Shown: positions 53,371 to 62,053 of the stretch, in pieces
How positions within the stretch are numbered: the first letter of the stretch is position 1
Layout: the number at the start of each line of letters is the position of its first letter
Assembly (NCBI GenBank): GCA_031548435.1
Contig: JAVBRA010000007.1
Location: 67,955 to 131,954 of the forward strand
DNA length: 64,000 nucleotides
Direction of reading: 5' to 3'
Origin: Rikenellaceae bacterium
GTDB taxonomy: Bacteria; Bacteroidota; Bacteroidia; Bacteroidales; Rikenellaceae
Program-made: the position numbers and the translations under genes
Notes under the pieces: generated by a model
What the model was told of the DNA's origin: nothing
The model's database searches: none
The model's input: the letters and a program-made list of their open reading frames with translations, nothing else

Positions 53371-54963
53371 TTATTGTCCCTCGGTCATTTTTTTGGTTTG
53401 AGCTAGTATGTTTTGGTTTAAATTATCAGTGTGCCACTCTTCGAGGGCTAACTTTGGCTCAACACCCACATAAAAAGTCAACTCAACCGCCATGACTTTT
53501 TGTACATACTTCGCATCTTCGGATAGGGTGACTATAGAGTCATGTATGGTGTAGATTGGCATTTGCCCCTTTTTTTCCTCCCAAATTCTTTTGCAGCACC
53601 GATGCAACATTATTTGGCTCTCAATAGCCTGCAAAAGCACCGCAAGCCGGTTGTGTTGATTTTCCTGCTTCAACCCCCGGTGCTTTTTCTTTATTATCCG
53701 GAACAACTCGGCCACCTCCGGGTATAACTCCTGTTCAAATATGCGCTTCATCTGATTAATTTCAGGGTTGTCATGCTGCCCGCCGTTGCTTGAAAACAGC
53801 ATATAAAACATCAGTGTCTTTGCATCTTGCCTAACCAATACCCTCTTGGGGTTGATTTTCTTGTTGGCAACCTCAGCTATATCTTCATACATTCCCCCGT
53901 CCGATGCTTTTTGTATATACTCCTTAAAATCGTCCGCATTGACCCTCTCAAAAAAGGCTTGAATTTCACCCAAAACCACCTCTGGGAAATAATTCCGAAT
54001 ATTTTCGGGGAGATCACTAAATTTCAGAGGCAAATCAGATGCATCATTCCAAAACAAAGGGTTCAATATCAGGCAGGAGAGGTAAGGCTGGCAGTTTTTT
54101 ACATCCACACTCGTCAGATTTTGCCCTTTGTATGTAACAAAGTTCCGGAAATCCTTTTGCAGGTTGGTTAGCACCGAGTGAAGCCGGTGGATATTTTCAT
54201 CTATATGAGCCTGATACTGCTTCTGCTCGATCCTCCCAATATTCAACAGTGCTGCATAATATTGGGTTACTGGGTATTTCCGTTTACCTGTATCTTTGTT
54301 TATATTCCATGACTCCCTCGAAGCATCCCGCATTTTTATCTCTTTCAGCAGGTAGGCATAACTTTCTGCTGTTGCGTCGATAATCAATCCTCCATCATCG
54401 TACCAGTGGAATAAATAGGGGTAATCTTCTTTGTCCGGCGATTTTTCATACTTTTTGATTTCATCGGCCAAAGTTGAATCTACTTTCCGCAGTTCAAACG
54501 GGACATTCGCATACTCATCTGCCCATTTATAGCCGGTCGATTTTTCTCCTATTATATACCTGCCATCGGTTAAAACAACCCCTGTATGAAGCAAGTAGTA
54601 CTTATATCGAGTAAAATCCTTGTCACTATCCCGCAGAATTTTCATGGTAATCGGAACAAACCCTTGCTCATCAATCAAATCACTGCTTCTTGCAGGAATG
54701 GAGGCAATCAGGCTCAAAAATTCATAAATCCTTTCTTCGTTGAATTTTTTATCCCGGGGAAAACCATTTTCATAAGGTGGGTACTGTTCGAGGTGTTTCC
54801 TTAGATCAAAATTGGCTGGCAGCAGAAAATACTCTTTATTACCCTTGCCAGCATAGGTGAAGAAAACAAAATCTCTCCCACCAACAGGATTCCCTTTCTT
54901 AACCTCTTTACCCGAATCTTTCCTCAACGGAAACATCCAGAACCAAGCAAATCTATTAGCCAT
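53371..54963 (-). CDS. Hypothetical protein with family-A DNA polymerase / T7-like RNA polymerase palm-fingers motifs
   Basis: 530 aa. Candidate motif A is 'LTSVDVKNCQPYLSCLIL'. Candidate motif B is 'RQDAKTLMFYMLFSS' (R-x3-K-x7-F). Candidate motif C is 'IYTIHDSIVT' (H-D-S as in T7 RNAP 'HDSFGT'). The ~290-aa N-terminal region is unrecognised. Confidence 0.4.
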   Translation of the reverse strand: MANRFAWFWMFPLRKDSGKEVKKGNPVGGRDFVFFTYAGKGNKEYFLLPANFDLRKHLEQYPPYENGFPRDKKFNEERIYEFLSLIASIPARSSDLIDEQGFVPITMKILRDSDKDFTRYKYYLLHTGVVLTDGRYIIGEKSTGYKWADEYANVPFELRKVDSTLADEIKKYEKSPDKEDYPYLFHWYDDGGLIIDATAESYAYLLKEIKMRDASRESWNINKDTGKRKYPVTQYYAALLNIGRIEQKQYQAHIDENIHRLHSVLTNLQKDFRNFVTYKGQNLTSVDVKNCQPYLSCLILNPLFWNDASDLPLKFSDLPENIRNYFPEVVLGEIQAFFERVNADDFKEYIQKASDGGMYEDIAEVANKKINPKRVLVRQDAKTLMFYMLFSSNGGQHDNPEINQMKRIFEQELYPEVAELFRIIKKKHRGLKQENQHNRLAVLLQAIESQIMLHRCCKRIWEEKKGQMPIYTIHDSIVTLSEDAKYVQKVMAVELTFYVGVEPKLALEEWHTDNLNQNILAQTKKMTEGQ

Positions 54964-55114
54964 ACTACTTACCTATATAACAATTAATCGTAATTGTCAA
55001 ATTCCTATCCATTATGATAGGATATTCTGTAAATACAAATATAACCATATTCGTTTCTCCGTCCTATTTGTAAAAAAAATGCCACCCCTTCCGAAGTGGC
55101 ATTTGCTCTCACCA

Positions 55115-56329
55115 TCAAAATAAATTCCTCATGGCCTCAACCATCCGGCTATTCTCGAAGCTGTCCAGATAAATCTGCGTGACCTTTTCTGACGAATGAC
55201 CCAATGATTCAGATATTAGGGCAACATCCACCCCCGACCTTTTCAAAACCGTCGCATAGGTATGCCTCGCCACATAGGTGGTAATGGGTATTGCCAACCC
55301 AAGCAAACCACTGATTTCTCTCAGATGCAGGTTTACCTTTCGGAGTGTTTTATGAATCCGGTTACATATCTGCTGCTCCGTCCGATGGGTTTCTTTATCC
55401 AGAATCGGGAAGATATAATCATCTTTCGAGTGCTCAGGATTGCTGTATTTAGCCACAATCTGCCATGCCGGTTCCACAAGGATACAATGGATCACCTTTT
55501 TTGTTTTGCATCGGGTGTACTGTACCCTGCCTGCCTCCACATCGCAATACCTCAGCATGGCAATATCCCGGAAGTTAATCCCTGCCGTGTAGTATGAAAA
55601 CAGGAAAATATCTTTTGCCAGAGCCATATACGGGCTATTGTGGTGAGGCAGATTTAAGTCAATCAACTTTTTAACCGTCTCTTTGCCCAACGCTCTCTTT
55701 CGGGTGGCTGCCCAAAGGCTGCCCACCTTATAACCCTCAAATGGATTGGTTTTGATTGTGGGCATACCATCCTTAATAGCCTTGTTATACGTGGCTTTTA
55801 GCACACTCATTTTGGTGGCTATGCTGTTCGAAGCATTTCCCTCCCCTTTCAAAAACTGCTCGAAGTCTTGCAAAAATGGAGCATCAATAGCCATGATCCG
55901 GCTTTCCCCTCTACCATATTTCAACAGGGACGACAGGGTGTAGGAGTATTTTATGGCTGTGTTGACCTTGCCAGCCTGTTTAAGCAGGGAAATCTGCTCT
56001 TCGAAACTCTCCTTGATGGTTGGAATAACCTGTTTTGATTTTGCCCCTGCCAGCGCACCTAAACTCACTGCCATATCCAAAGCTTCAAGCCGCACCATTT
56101 GCTTGTTTAAAGCCTCTATTTTCGAGTTTATCCGCAGTTGGTGGACTTCTCTGTCCGGGCATTCTTCGGTCAGTTTCTGGACCTTATCATCCCAATGCTG
56201 TGGGTTGACAGCCACTCCGGTGCTGACCATTTTAACTTTCCGGCCTTCAGTGAGCCGGATGAATAAAGGGGCTGTGTTGTTCTTGTAAATCCGATCTGTC
56301 CTGCAAATTACTTTAATGTTGATTTTCAT
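55115..56329 (-). CDS. int: Tyrosine site-specific integrase (Bacteroides-type), homologous to 15500-16729
   Basis: The start is set at 'MKINIKVICR'. The catalytic region is 'TYVARHTYATVLKRSGVDVALISESLGHSSEKVTQIYL'. Same domain order as the island 1 integrase. Confidence 0.9.
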   Translation of the reverse strand: MKINIKVICRTDRIYKNNTAPLFIRLTEGRKVKMVSTGVAVNPQHWDDKVQKLTEECPDREVHQLRINSKIEALNKQMVRLEALDMAVSLGALAGAKSKQVIPTIKESFEEQISLLKQAGKVNTAIKYSYTLSSLLKYGRGESRIMAIDAPFLQDFEQFLKGEGNASNSIATKMSVLKATYNKAIKDGMPTIKTNPFEGYKVGSLWAATRKRALGKETVKKLIDLNLPHHNSPYMALAKDIFLFSYYTAGINFRDIAMLRYCDVEAGRVQYTRCKTKKVIHCILVEPAWQIVAKYSNPEHSKDDYIFPILDKETHRTEQQICNRIHKTLRKVNLHLREISGLLGLAIPITTYVARHTYATVLKRSGVDVALISESLGHSSEKVTQIYLDSFENSRMVEAMRNLF

Positions 56330-56369
56330 TGTTTTAAGCTCTTTTTGCGAGAACCTCAAAACCTCTGAC

Positions 56370-56393
56370 CAGTGTGCAACACAGTGTGCAACA
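56370..56393 (+). promoter_or_regulatory. Tandem CAGTGTGCAACA x2 (candidate integrase arm-type sites)
   Basis: cagtgtgcaaca at 56370-56381 and 56382-56393, just upstream of int. Further copies of cagtgtgcaac are at 50981-50991 and 51219-51229. Confidence 0.45.
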
Positions 56394-56530
56394 TTTCACC
56401 TCAAAATGCCGTAAAATCGCCTTTTTAAAAAGGATTAAACCAAAAAAAACAGGAACCTACAAAATTGTAAGTTCCTGCACTTCAGAGCTGATGGCGGGAA
56501 TTGAACCCGCGACCCCTTCCTTACCAAGGA
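56382..56530. repeat. Proximal ~149-bp direct repeat of island 2 (overlaps the 3' half of the intact tRNA-Thr)
   Basis: See 50981-51129. Identity ends inside the anticodon stem of tRNA-Thr. Confidence 0.85.
56442..56477 (-). terminator. Rho-independent terminator after tRNA-Thr
   Basis: On the minus strand, stem caggaac / gttcctg is followed by TTTTTTTT. Confidence 0.65.
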
Positions 56531-56557
56531 AGTACTCTACCCCTGAGCTACATCAGC
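56486..56557 (-). tRNA. tRNA-Thr (anticodon GGT)
   Basis: Minus-strand cloverleaf. Acceptor GCTGATG/CATCAGC. D-arm TAGCTCAGGGGTAGAGTA. Anticodon stem CTTCC/GGAAG with loop TTGGTAA. T-loop GGTTCAATTCC. Confidence 0.9.
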
Positions 56558-56636
56558 TGAATACGGGTGCAAAAATAGACAAATGTTTTTAAATTGCAAA
56601 CGATTCTCTCAACAAAGGTTTTTTAACGCAGCTTTG

Positions 56637-57191
56637 TCAGAACGCGTATCCGATCCCGATGGCCCCCGACGGGCGGAAGTCGCCCGAGGTGCCGATGATC
56701 GGAGTGTAACCGATGCGCCAGGTAAATCCACGGTCGACGGGCTTGAGGCGGAACATCACGCTGACCGTCCCGATAAAATGGCCCGCATTCTCGCCCCGAC
56801 CACCATCTTCGTAGCTGTACAGGGTCACCTTTTGCGTCAGGTAGGTGACCCCCACGCCGAACTCGATCGAGGCCGAGGAAGTCGGCCTGCCCAACACGTA
56901 ATTAATGCCTGCCGGAATCGTGACATACGAACGATCTTGGGAGTAACCGCCATACTCATCGTCGATAAACACCTCGTTTGCGCCGAAACCCACCCCCACA
57001 CGGTATCCCAGCCCCAGCCCGGCGCCATTCCGGAAGCGGCTGTCGTAAAAAGCCCCCATGATCACGCCGGCCCCGCCAAACTCCATATAGAACTGCCGGC
57101 CGGATGCATGCCCGGAGTGTTGGGCGCGCGCCGGAACTGCAACCGACGACAAAAGCACCGCCAGGCAAAAGAAAATCCTTATCACTCTCAT
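56637..57191 (-). CDS. Small outer membrane beta-barrel protein, tandem paralog 1
   Basis: The start is set at 'MRVIRIFFCLAVLLSSVAVPARAQ' (signal peptide). Gly/aromatic-rich alternating strands. C-terminal 'IGIGYAF' is the OMP signature. Confidence 0.65.
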   Translation of the reverse strand: MRVIRIFFCLAVLLSSVAVPARAQHSGHASGRQFYMEFGGAGVIMGAFYDSRFRNGAGLGLGYRVGVGFGANEVFIDDEYGGYSQDRSYVTIPAGINYVLGRPTSSASIEFGVGVTYLTQKVTLYSYEDGGRGENAGHFIGTVSVMFRLKPVDRGFTWRIGYTPIIGTSGDFRPSGAIGIGYAF

Positions 57192-57240
57192 TCGTTTTTT
57201 TATGGAAATACGGGATTCATCCTCTCCCGTGACACAAAAA

Positions 57241-57783
57241 TCAGAACGCATACCCTGCCGATGCTCCCATCCGGATGGCCGTATTGCCCGCAAAGTTGAA
57301 CAACGGAGTAAGCCCGATGCGGCAGGCGAATCCTCCCTTGACAGGCGAGAAACGGTACATGAACGAGAGCGATCCGGCGCAATACCGTCCATCGACGAAC
57401 TCGTCGGCATAATGCACATCCACCTTCTCGGTAAAGCAGGTAATGGCTGCGCCCATCTCGAACGTGTGGGAGCTGCCGGGCTTGCCGAATACCCAGTTCA
57501 CTCCGGCAGGGATGGTAACGTAACCCCGGTCACTGAGACGATCGGAAGCGCCGCTGACAAGCAGACCGCCTTTGGCGCACCCGATCCCGACACGGTAACC
57601 GGGCCCGAGTCGTTGTCCCCGTTCGAAACGGCTGTCGAAATTGACGGAGAACAAAATTCCGGCTCCTCCCAGTTCGACATCAAATTGCCGGCCGGATACA
57701 TCCCCGAAGCGTTGGGCGCGCGCCGGAACTGCAACCGACGACAAAAGCACCGCCAGGCAAAAGAAAATCCTCAAAGCATTCAT
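57241..57783 (-). CDS. Small outer membrane beta-barrel protein, tandem paralog 2
   Basis: 180 aa. 'MNALRIFFCLAVLLSSVAVPARAQ' and C-terminal 'SAGYAF'. Confidence 0.65.
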   Translation of the reverse strand: MNALRIFFCLAVLLSSVAVPARAQRFGDVSGRQFDVELGGAGILFSVNFDSRFERGQRLGPGYRVGIGCAKGGLLVSGASDRLSDRGYVTIPAGVNWVFGKPGSSHTFEMGAAITCFTEKVDVHYADEFVDGRYCAGSLSFMYRFSPVKGGFACRIGLTPLFNFAGNTAIRMGASAGYAF

Positions 57784-57810
57784 CCGGTTTTATTCAGGAA
57801 TGGAGACCGA

Positions 57811-58368
57811 TCAGAAAGCATACCCCATCCCCACCGCCATCAAGGGGACGATGTCGCCCGAAGTGCCAACCGACGGGGTAAAGCCGATGCGCCAGGTAAA
57901 CCCTCCGTTGACGGGCGAAAGGCGGTACATGAACGAGAACGTTCCCGCAAAATGCCCTGCCGCACTGGAATCGTACCAATTATATACGTACACCTTTTTC
58001 GGAAAGCAAACCAGCGAGGCGCCCACCTCAAACGTGTGGGAACTGCCCGGCTTGCCGAACACATAGTTGATCCCGACGGGGATCGTCAGGTACGAACGGA
58101 ACTCGGAGTAGTCTTCACCATAATACCCTTCGCCATAATCGTCACCAACAACCACATCGCCATAAGCGAACCCGACTCCCAGACGGTAGCCGAATCCAAG
58201 CCGTTGGCCCGCCTCAAAACGGCCGTCGAAGTTGGCCGAGAACAGAACTCCGGGCCCTCCCATCTCTACGTAGAACTGGTGGCCGGAAACGCCCGAACCC
58301 GTCTGCTGGGCGCGCAAAGAGAGCGACCCCAAAAGCAGAAACGCCGCAATAACACCAATTTTTTTCAT
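57811..58368 (-). CDS. Small outer membrane beta-barrel protein, tandem paralog 3
   Basis: The start is set at 'MKKIGVIAAFLLLGSLSLRAQ'. 'GHQFYVEMGGPGVLFSANFDGRF' parallels its neighbours. C-terminal 'GMGYAF'. Confidence 0.65.
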   Translation of the reverse strand: MKKIGVIAAFLLLGSLSLRAQQTGSGVSGHQFYVEMGGPGVLFSANFDGRFEAGQRLGFGYRLGVGFAYGDVVVGDDYGEGYYGEDYSEFRSYLTIPVGINYVFGKPGSSHTFEVGASLVCFPKKVYVYNWYDSSAAGHFAGTFSFMYRLSPVNGGFTWRIGFTPSVGTSGDIVPLMAVGMGYAF

Positions 58369-58507
58369 CGTCAATTCAATCAGTTTGGGTGGAAAATATA
58401 AAACGAATATACGAAAAAATTTTGTTTGTTGCATTTTAATGCATGAATTTATTCCGGATATCGTATTTCGAATACATACCGTTATCTTTGCGGTTTAAAA
58501 ACCGACC

Positions 58508-59713
58508 TTGAGACAGAATAACAACACCGCTGCGACCACAGGCGGCATCTCGATATTGCTGTGGCTGAGCCTGGCGCATTTTTTCAACGACGCGTTCCAG
58601 TCGCTGGTGTCGGCGGCCTACCCGGTGCTGAAAGAGAGCCTGTCGTTTTCGTTCGGCCAGATCGGCATCATCGCTTTCACGTACCAGATCTGCGCATCGG
58701 TGTTCCAGCCCGCCTTCGGGGTGCTGTTCGACAAGCATCCGCGCTCGTGGTACCTGATGGCCGGTACGCTTTCCACCATGACCGGGCTGTCGCTGTTGGC
58801 TTTTGCGGGATCGCTGGCGCCGGTGATGGTTGCCGTGGCGTTCATCGGGCTCGGTTCGTCGATCATCCACCCCGAAGCCTCGCGCCTGACCCACTACGCC
58901 TCGAACGGGCGGCACGGGCTGGCGCAGTCTGTTTTCCAGGTGGGCGGCAACCTCGGCGGATCAGTCGGGCCGTTGCTGGCTGCGGCCGTCATCGCCCCTT
59001 ACGGACAGCGTTATATTCTGGTTTTTGCCGGCATTGCCGTCGTTTCGTTCATCACCAAGGAACCCATTGCCCGATGGTGCCGCGAGCGGGCCGGAACCAT
59101 GCGGTCGCACCGGGGGCCCGGGCCGGTGGTGCACCGCGTGCGCCTGCCTAAGAAAAAGGTTTACTTCTCGCTGGGAATACTGCTGGTGCTGATCTTTTCG
59201 AAATACGTCTACACGGCCAGCCTGTCGAGCTTCTACACGTTTTACCTGATCGAGAAGTTCGGCGTCACCACGCAGCAGTCGCAACTGTTCCTGTTCGCCT
59301 ACCTGTTCGCGGCGGCGGCCGGCACGCTGCTGGGCGGCCCCATCGGCGACCGCGTCGGACGCAAATACGTGATCTGGGCATCGATCCTGGGCACGGCGCC
59401 GTTTGCGCTGCTGATGCCCTACGCCAATCTGGCATGGACGTGCGTATTGAGCATCCTCATCGGCCTGATCCTCTCTTCGGCTTTCTCGGCCATCCTGGTC
59501 TACGCGCAAGAGCTGCTGCCCACGAAGGTGGGACTGATCTCGGGACTGTTTTTCGGGCTGGCGTTCGGCATCGCGGGCATCGCGGCGGCCGTACTGGGCG
59601 GCATCGCCGACGTGCATGGCATCGCATACGTTTACAGATTCTGCGCCTACATGCCGCTATTGGGACTGGTGGCCGTATTCCTGCCCAACGTAAAACCGCA
59701 CCGGAAGAGGTAG
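58508..59713 (+). CDS. MFS transporter (Fsr/fosmidomycin-resistance-like, tentative)
   Basis: 401 aa with about 12 predicted hydrophobic helices. 'GVLFDKHPRSW' and 'GGPIGDRVGRKYV' are the MFS loop 2-3 and 8-9 motifs. Confidence 0.75.
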   Translation: MRQNNNTAATTGGISILLWLSLAHFFNDAFQSLVSAAYPVLKESLSFSFGQIGIIAFTYQICASVFQPAFGVLFDKHPRSWYLMAGTLSTMTGLSLLAFAGSLAPVMVAVAFIGLGSSIIHPEASRLTHYASNGRHGLAQSVFQVGGNLGGSVGPLLAAAVIAPYGQRYILVFAGIAVVSFITKEPIARWCRERAGTMRSHRGPGPVVHRVRLPKKKVYFSLGILLVLIFSKYVYTASLSSFYTFYLIEKFGVTTQQSQLFLFAYLFAAAAGTLLGGPIGDRVGRKYVIWASILGTAPFALLMPYANLAWTCVLSILIGLILSSAFSAILVYAQELLPTKVGLISGLFFGLAFGIAGIAAAVLGGIADVHGIAYVYRFCAYMPLLGLVAVFLPNVKPHRKR

Positions 59714-59955
59714 CCTTCCATACGCCACCCGGAGATTCCGGCATGGGCCGGGAAACCGTCCTTCTCCATATGATGTTGTTTCATCCGCTTTCGGGAACGG
59801 CCCGCATGCTAAAAAGGCCAGGCCCCAAAAAAGCCAGGTCCACCCGCAATAACACACCCGCAATTTGACCGCCCGGTTTCAGGATGTGCCCTCCCCCGGC
59901 ACCGACAAAAAATCGCCCCGCCAGAATGACCGCCTCAATAACATCGTCAATAATA

Positions 59956-59982
59956 AAGAGGGAGCCCGCGGGCTCCCTCTTT
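59956..59982. terminator. Bidirectional terminator between the MFS gene and fabD
   Basis: Palindrome aagagggagccc gc gggctccctctt between convergent genes. Confidence 0.55.
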
Positions 59983-59999
59983 CATTCGTTCCGGCCGGA

Positions 60000-60887
60000 T
60001 CATAATGTCTGCATCGACTCGCAGGCCATTTCGCGGTTCACTTTCTTCACCAGGCCGCACAACACGTTGCCCGGCCCCAGTTCCACGAACTCGGCGGCCC
60101 CGTCGGCAATCATGTTCTGCACCGTCTGCGTCCAGCGCACGGGCGAAGTAAGTTGGGCAATAAGGTTGGCCTTGATCGCCTCGGGATCGACGTACGGCTT
60201 CGCGTCCACGTTCTGGTACACCGGGCACACCGGCTGCGAGAAAGCGGTTTCGCGGATCGCTTTTTCAAGCTCCACCCGCGCCGGTTCCATCAGCGGCGAG
60301 TGGAACGCCCCGTTGACATTCAGCTTCAGGGCGCGCTTGGCGCCGGCTTCCAGCAGCTTGGCGCAGGCGGCCTCGACAGCCTCCACCGAACCCGAGATCA
60401 CCAGCTGGCCCGGACAGTTGTAGTTGGCGGCCACCACCACGCCGTCGACCGAGGCGCAGATATCTTCCACCGCCTTGTCGTCGAGGCCCAGCACGGCGGC
60501 CATGGTCGAAGGTTGCAGGTTGCACGCCTTCTGCATGGCGTCGGCACGTTTGGCCACCAGGCGCAGCCCCTCTTCGAACCCGAGCGCCCCGGCCGCGACC
60601 AACGCGCTGAACTCGCCCAGCGAGTGCCCCGCCGTGAAGTCGGGCCTGAAGTTGTCGCCCAGCGCCTTGGCCAAGATCACCGAATGGAGGAAAATGGCCG
60701 GTTGGGTGACGCTCGTTTGTTTGAGCTCTTCGTCCGTACCGGCGAACATGATGTCGGTGATGCTGAACCCGAGGATCTCGTTTGCACGGTCGAACATCTG
60801 CCGGGCAGCCGGAACCGTATCGTACAACTCCTTGCCCATGCCTACGAACTGCGCGCCCTGGCCCGGAAAAACGTATGCTTTCTTCAT
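60000..60887 (-). CDS. fabD: ACP S-malonyltransferase
   Basis: 295 aa. 'FPGQGAQFVGMG' and the active site 'GHSLGEFSA'. Confidence 0.9.
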   Translation of the reverse strand: MKKAYVFPGQGAQFVGMGKELYDTVPAARQMFDRANEILGFSITDIMFAGTDEELKQTSVTQPAIFLHSVILAKALGDNFRPDFTAGHSLGEFSALVAAGALGFEEGLRLVAKRADAMQKACNLQPSTMAAVLGLDDKAVEDICASVDGVVVAANYNCPGQLVISGSVEAVEAACAKLLEAGAKRALKLNVNGAFHSPLMEPARVELEKAIRETAFSQPVCPVYQNVDAKPYVDPEAIKANLIAQLTSPVRWTQTVQNMIADGAAEFVELGPGNVLCGLVKKVNREMACESMQTL

Positions 60888-61102
60888 AATTGTTCCTGTT
60901 TTAGGATTAAAAGATGTGCAAATTTATAAAATATTACGGGATTTTATGTTTTGCGGGTGCGTTGAACACCCCTCGTTGTCGTGATTACGGGGGGGGCGGC
61001 TCGCCTCTCGGCTGTCGGCCGCATAAACGTTTCCGATGACAGAATGCCCGTCGGGTGCGTCATTCCGGAACAAATTTCCGGCAATCACAACCCGGCCGCA
61101 TG

Positions 61103-61846
61103 CTATTGATTGAAGAAACCCTGTTTTTTCAGCAGCTCGAAATAACGCTCCGAGAAGGCGAGGTTGTCCTGTTTCATATAGCGCCGCAGGGTAAAAATCT
61201 GCGCCAGATTCGGCAGTTGGTTTTCGTGCAGCAGGCGGGCCGTTTCGTCGGAATTTTCCCTTTCGCGCCACAGCGCGTCAATTTGTTCCGGGGTATAATC
61301 TTTGTACTGTTCATAATGTACGACGGCCTCCAGCGGCAGACGTCCGGTGAGCGGAGGCAGCTCTTCGGGGTACCCGGCCACAAGCGCCGCAACGGGGATC
61401 ACCCCCTTGGGCAGGCCCAGGACGTCGACGATCTTATCCGCCGTATAGACCGCCGTGCCCAGGAAACAGATTCCCAGCCCGTGGCTCTCGGCCTCAAGAG
61501 CGGCGTTTTGGGCGGCCAGCAACGCGTCGGTCATGGCATTGAGGAACCACAGGAAATTGTCATAGCCCGGCTCGGCCCCGCGCAGTTCGCACCACTGCCC
61601 GAACCGGTTGATATCGGCGCAAAAAGTGAGCATCAGCGGGGCCTGAAGCGCCATCGGCTGGTTGAAATGACAGGGAGCCAACCGCTCCCGGCCCTCGGCC
61701 GATGTGGTGACAACAATGCTGTAAAGTTGCATATTGCCGGTGGTCGAGGCGCGTGCGGCCGCTTCGAGTATCTTTCCGATAACGGCCTCGGACACAGGCG
61801 TGTCTTTGTATTTGCGCACCGACCGGTGGTTGAAAATGACGTCCAT
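61103..61846 (-). CDS. Nitroreductase-family NADPH-dependent oxidoreductase (NfsA-like)
   Basis: The start is set at 'MDVIFNHRSVRKYKD' (the R-S-x-R-x-Y motif). Confidence 0.75.
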   Translation of the reverse strand: MDVIFNHRSVRKYKDTPVSEAVIGKILEAAARASTTGNMQLYSIVVTTSAEGRERLAPCHFNQPMALQAPLMLTFCADINRFGQWCELRGAEPGYDNFLWFLNAMTDALLAAQNAALEAESHGLGICFLGTAVYTADKIVDVLGLPKGVIPVAALVAGYPEELPPLTGRLPLEAVVHYEQYKDYTPEQIDALWRERENSDETARLLHENQLPNLAQIFTLRRYMKQDNLAFSERYFELLKKQGFFNQ

Positions 61847-62053
61847 GGGTTGCGGGGTTTGAAAGCGCAAAATTAACAAATCGTTCATCTGCATCCTAAG
61901 AGTGAGCCCTGAATTTCGGTTCTCTTTTTTTGCTTTTGCGTGTCGCCGCCCCCGTCAAAATGTGGAATAACGCTTAAATAACTTCGGAAAACCCCCGGTC
62001 AGACCTTAAATTTATGTAACTTTGCAGCAAACGAACCAATAGAATTTCACTCC

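Larger units (their letters stand above)
50981..56530. mobile_element. Integrative island 2 (~5.5 kb) in the 3' end of tRNA-Thr
   Basis: Bounded by ~149-bp direct repeats. A tyrosine integrase sits next to the intact tRNA. The interior is markedly AT-richer than the flanks. Confidence 0.8.
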
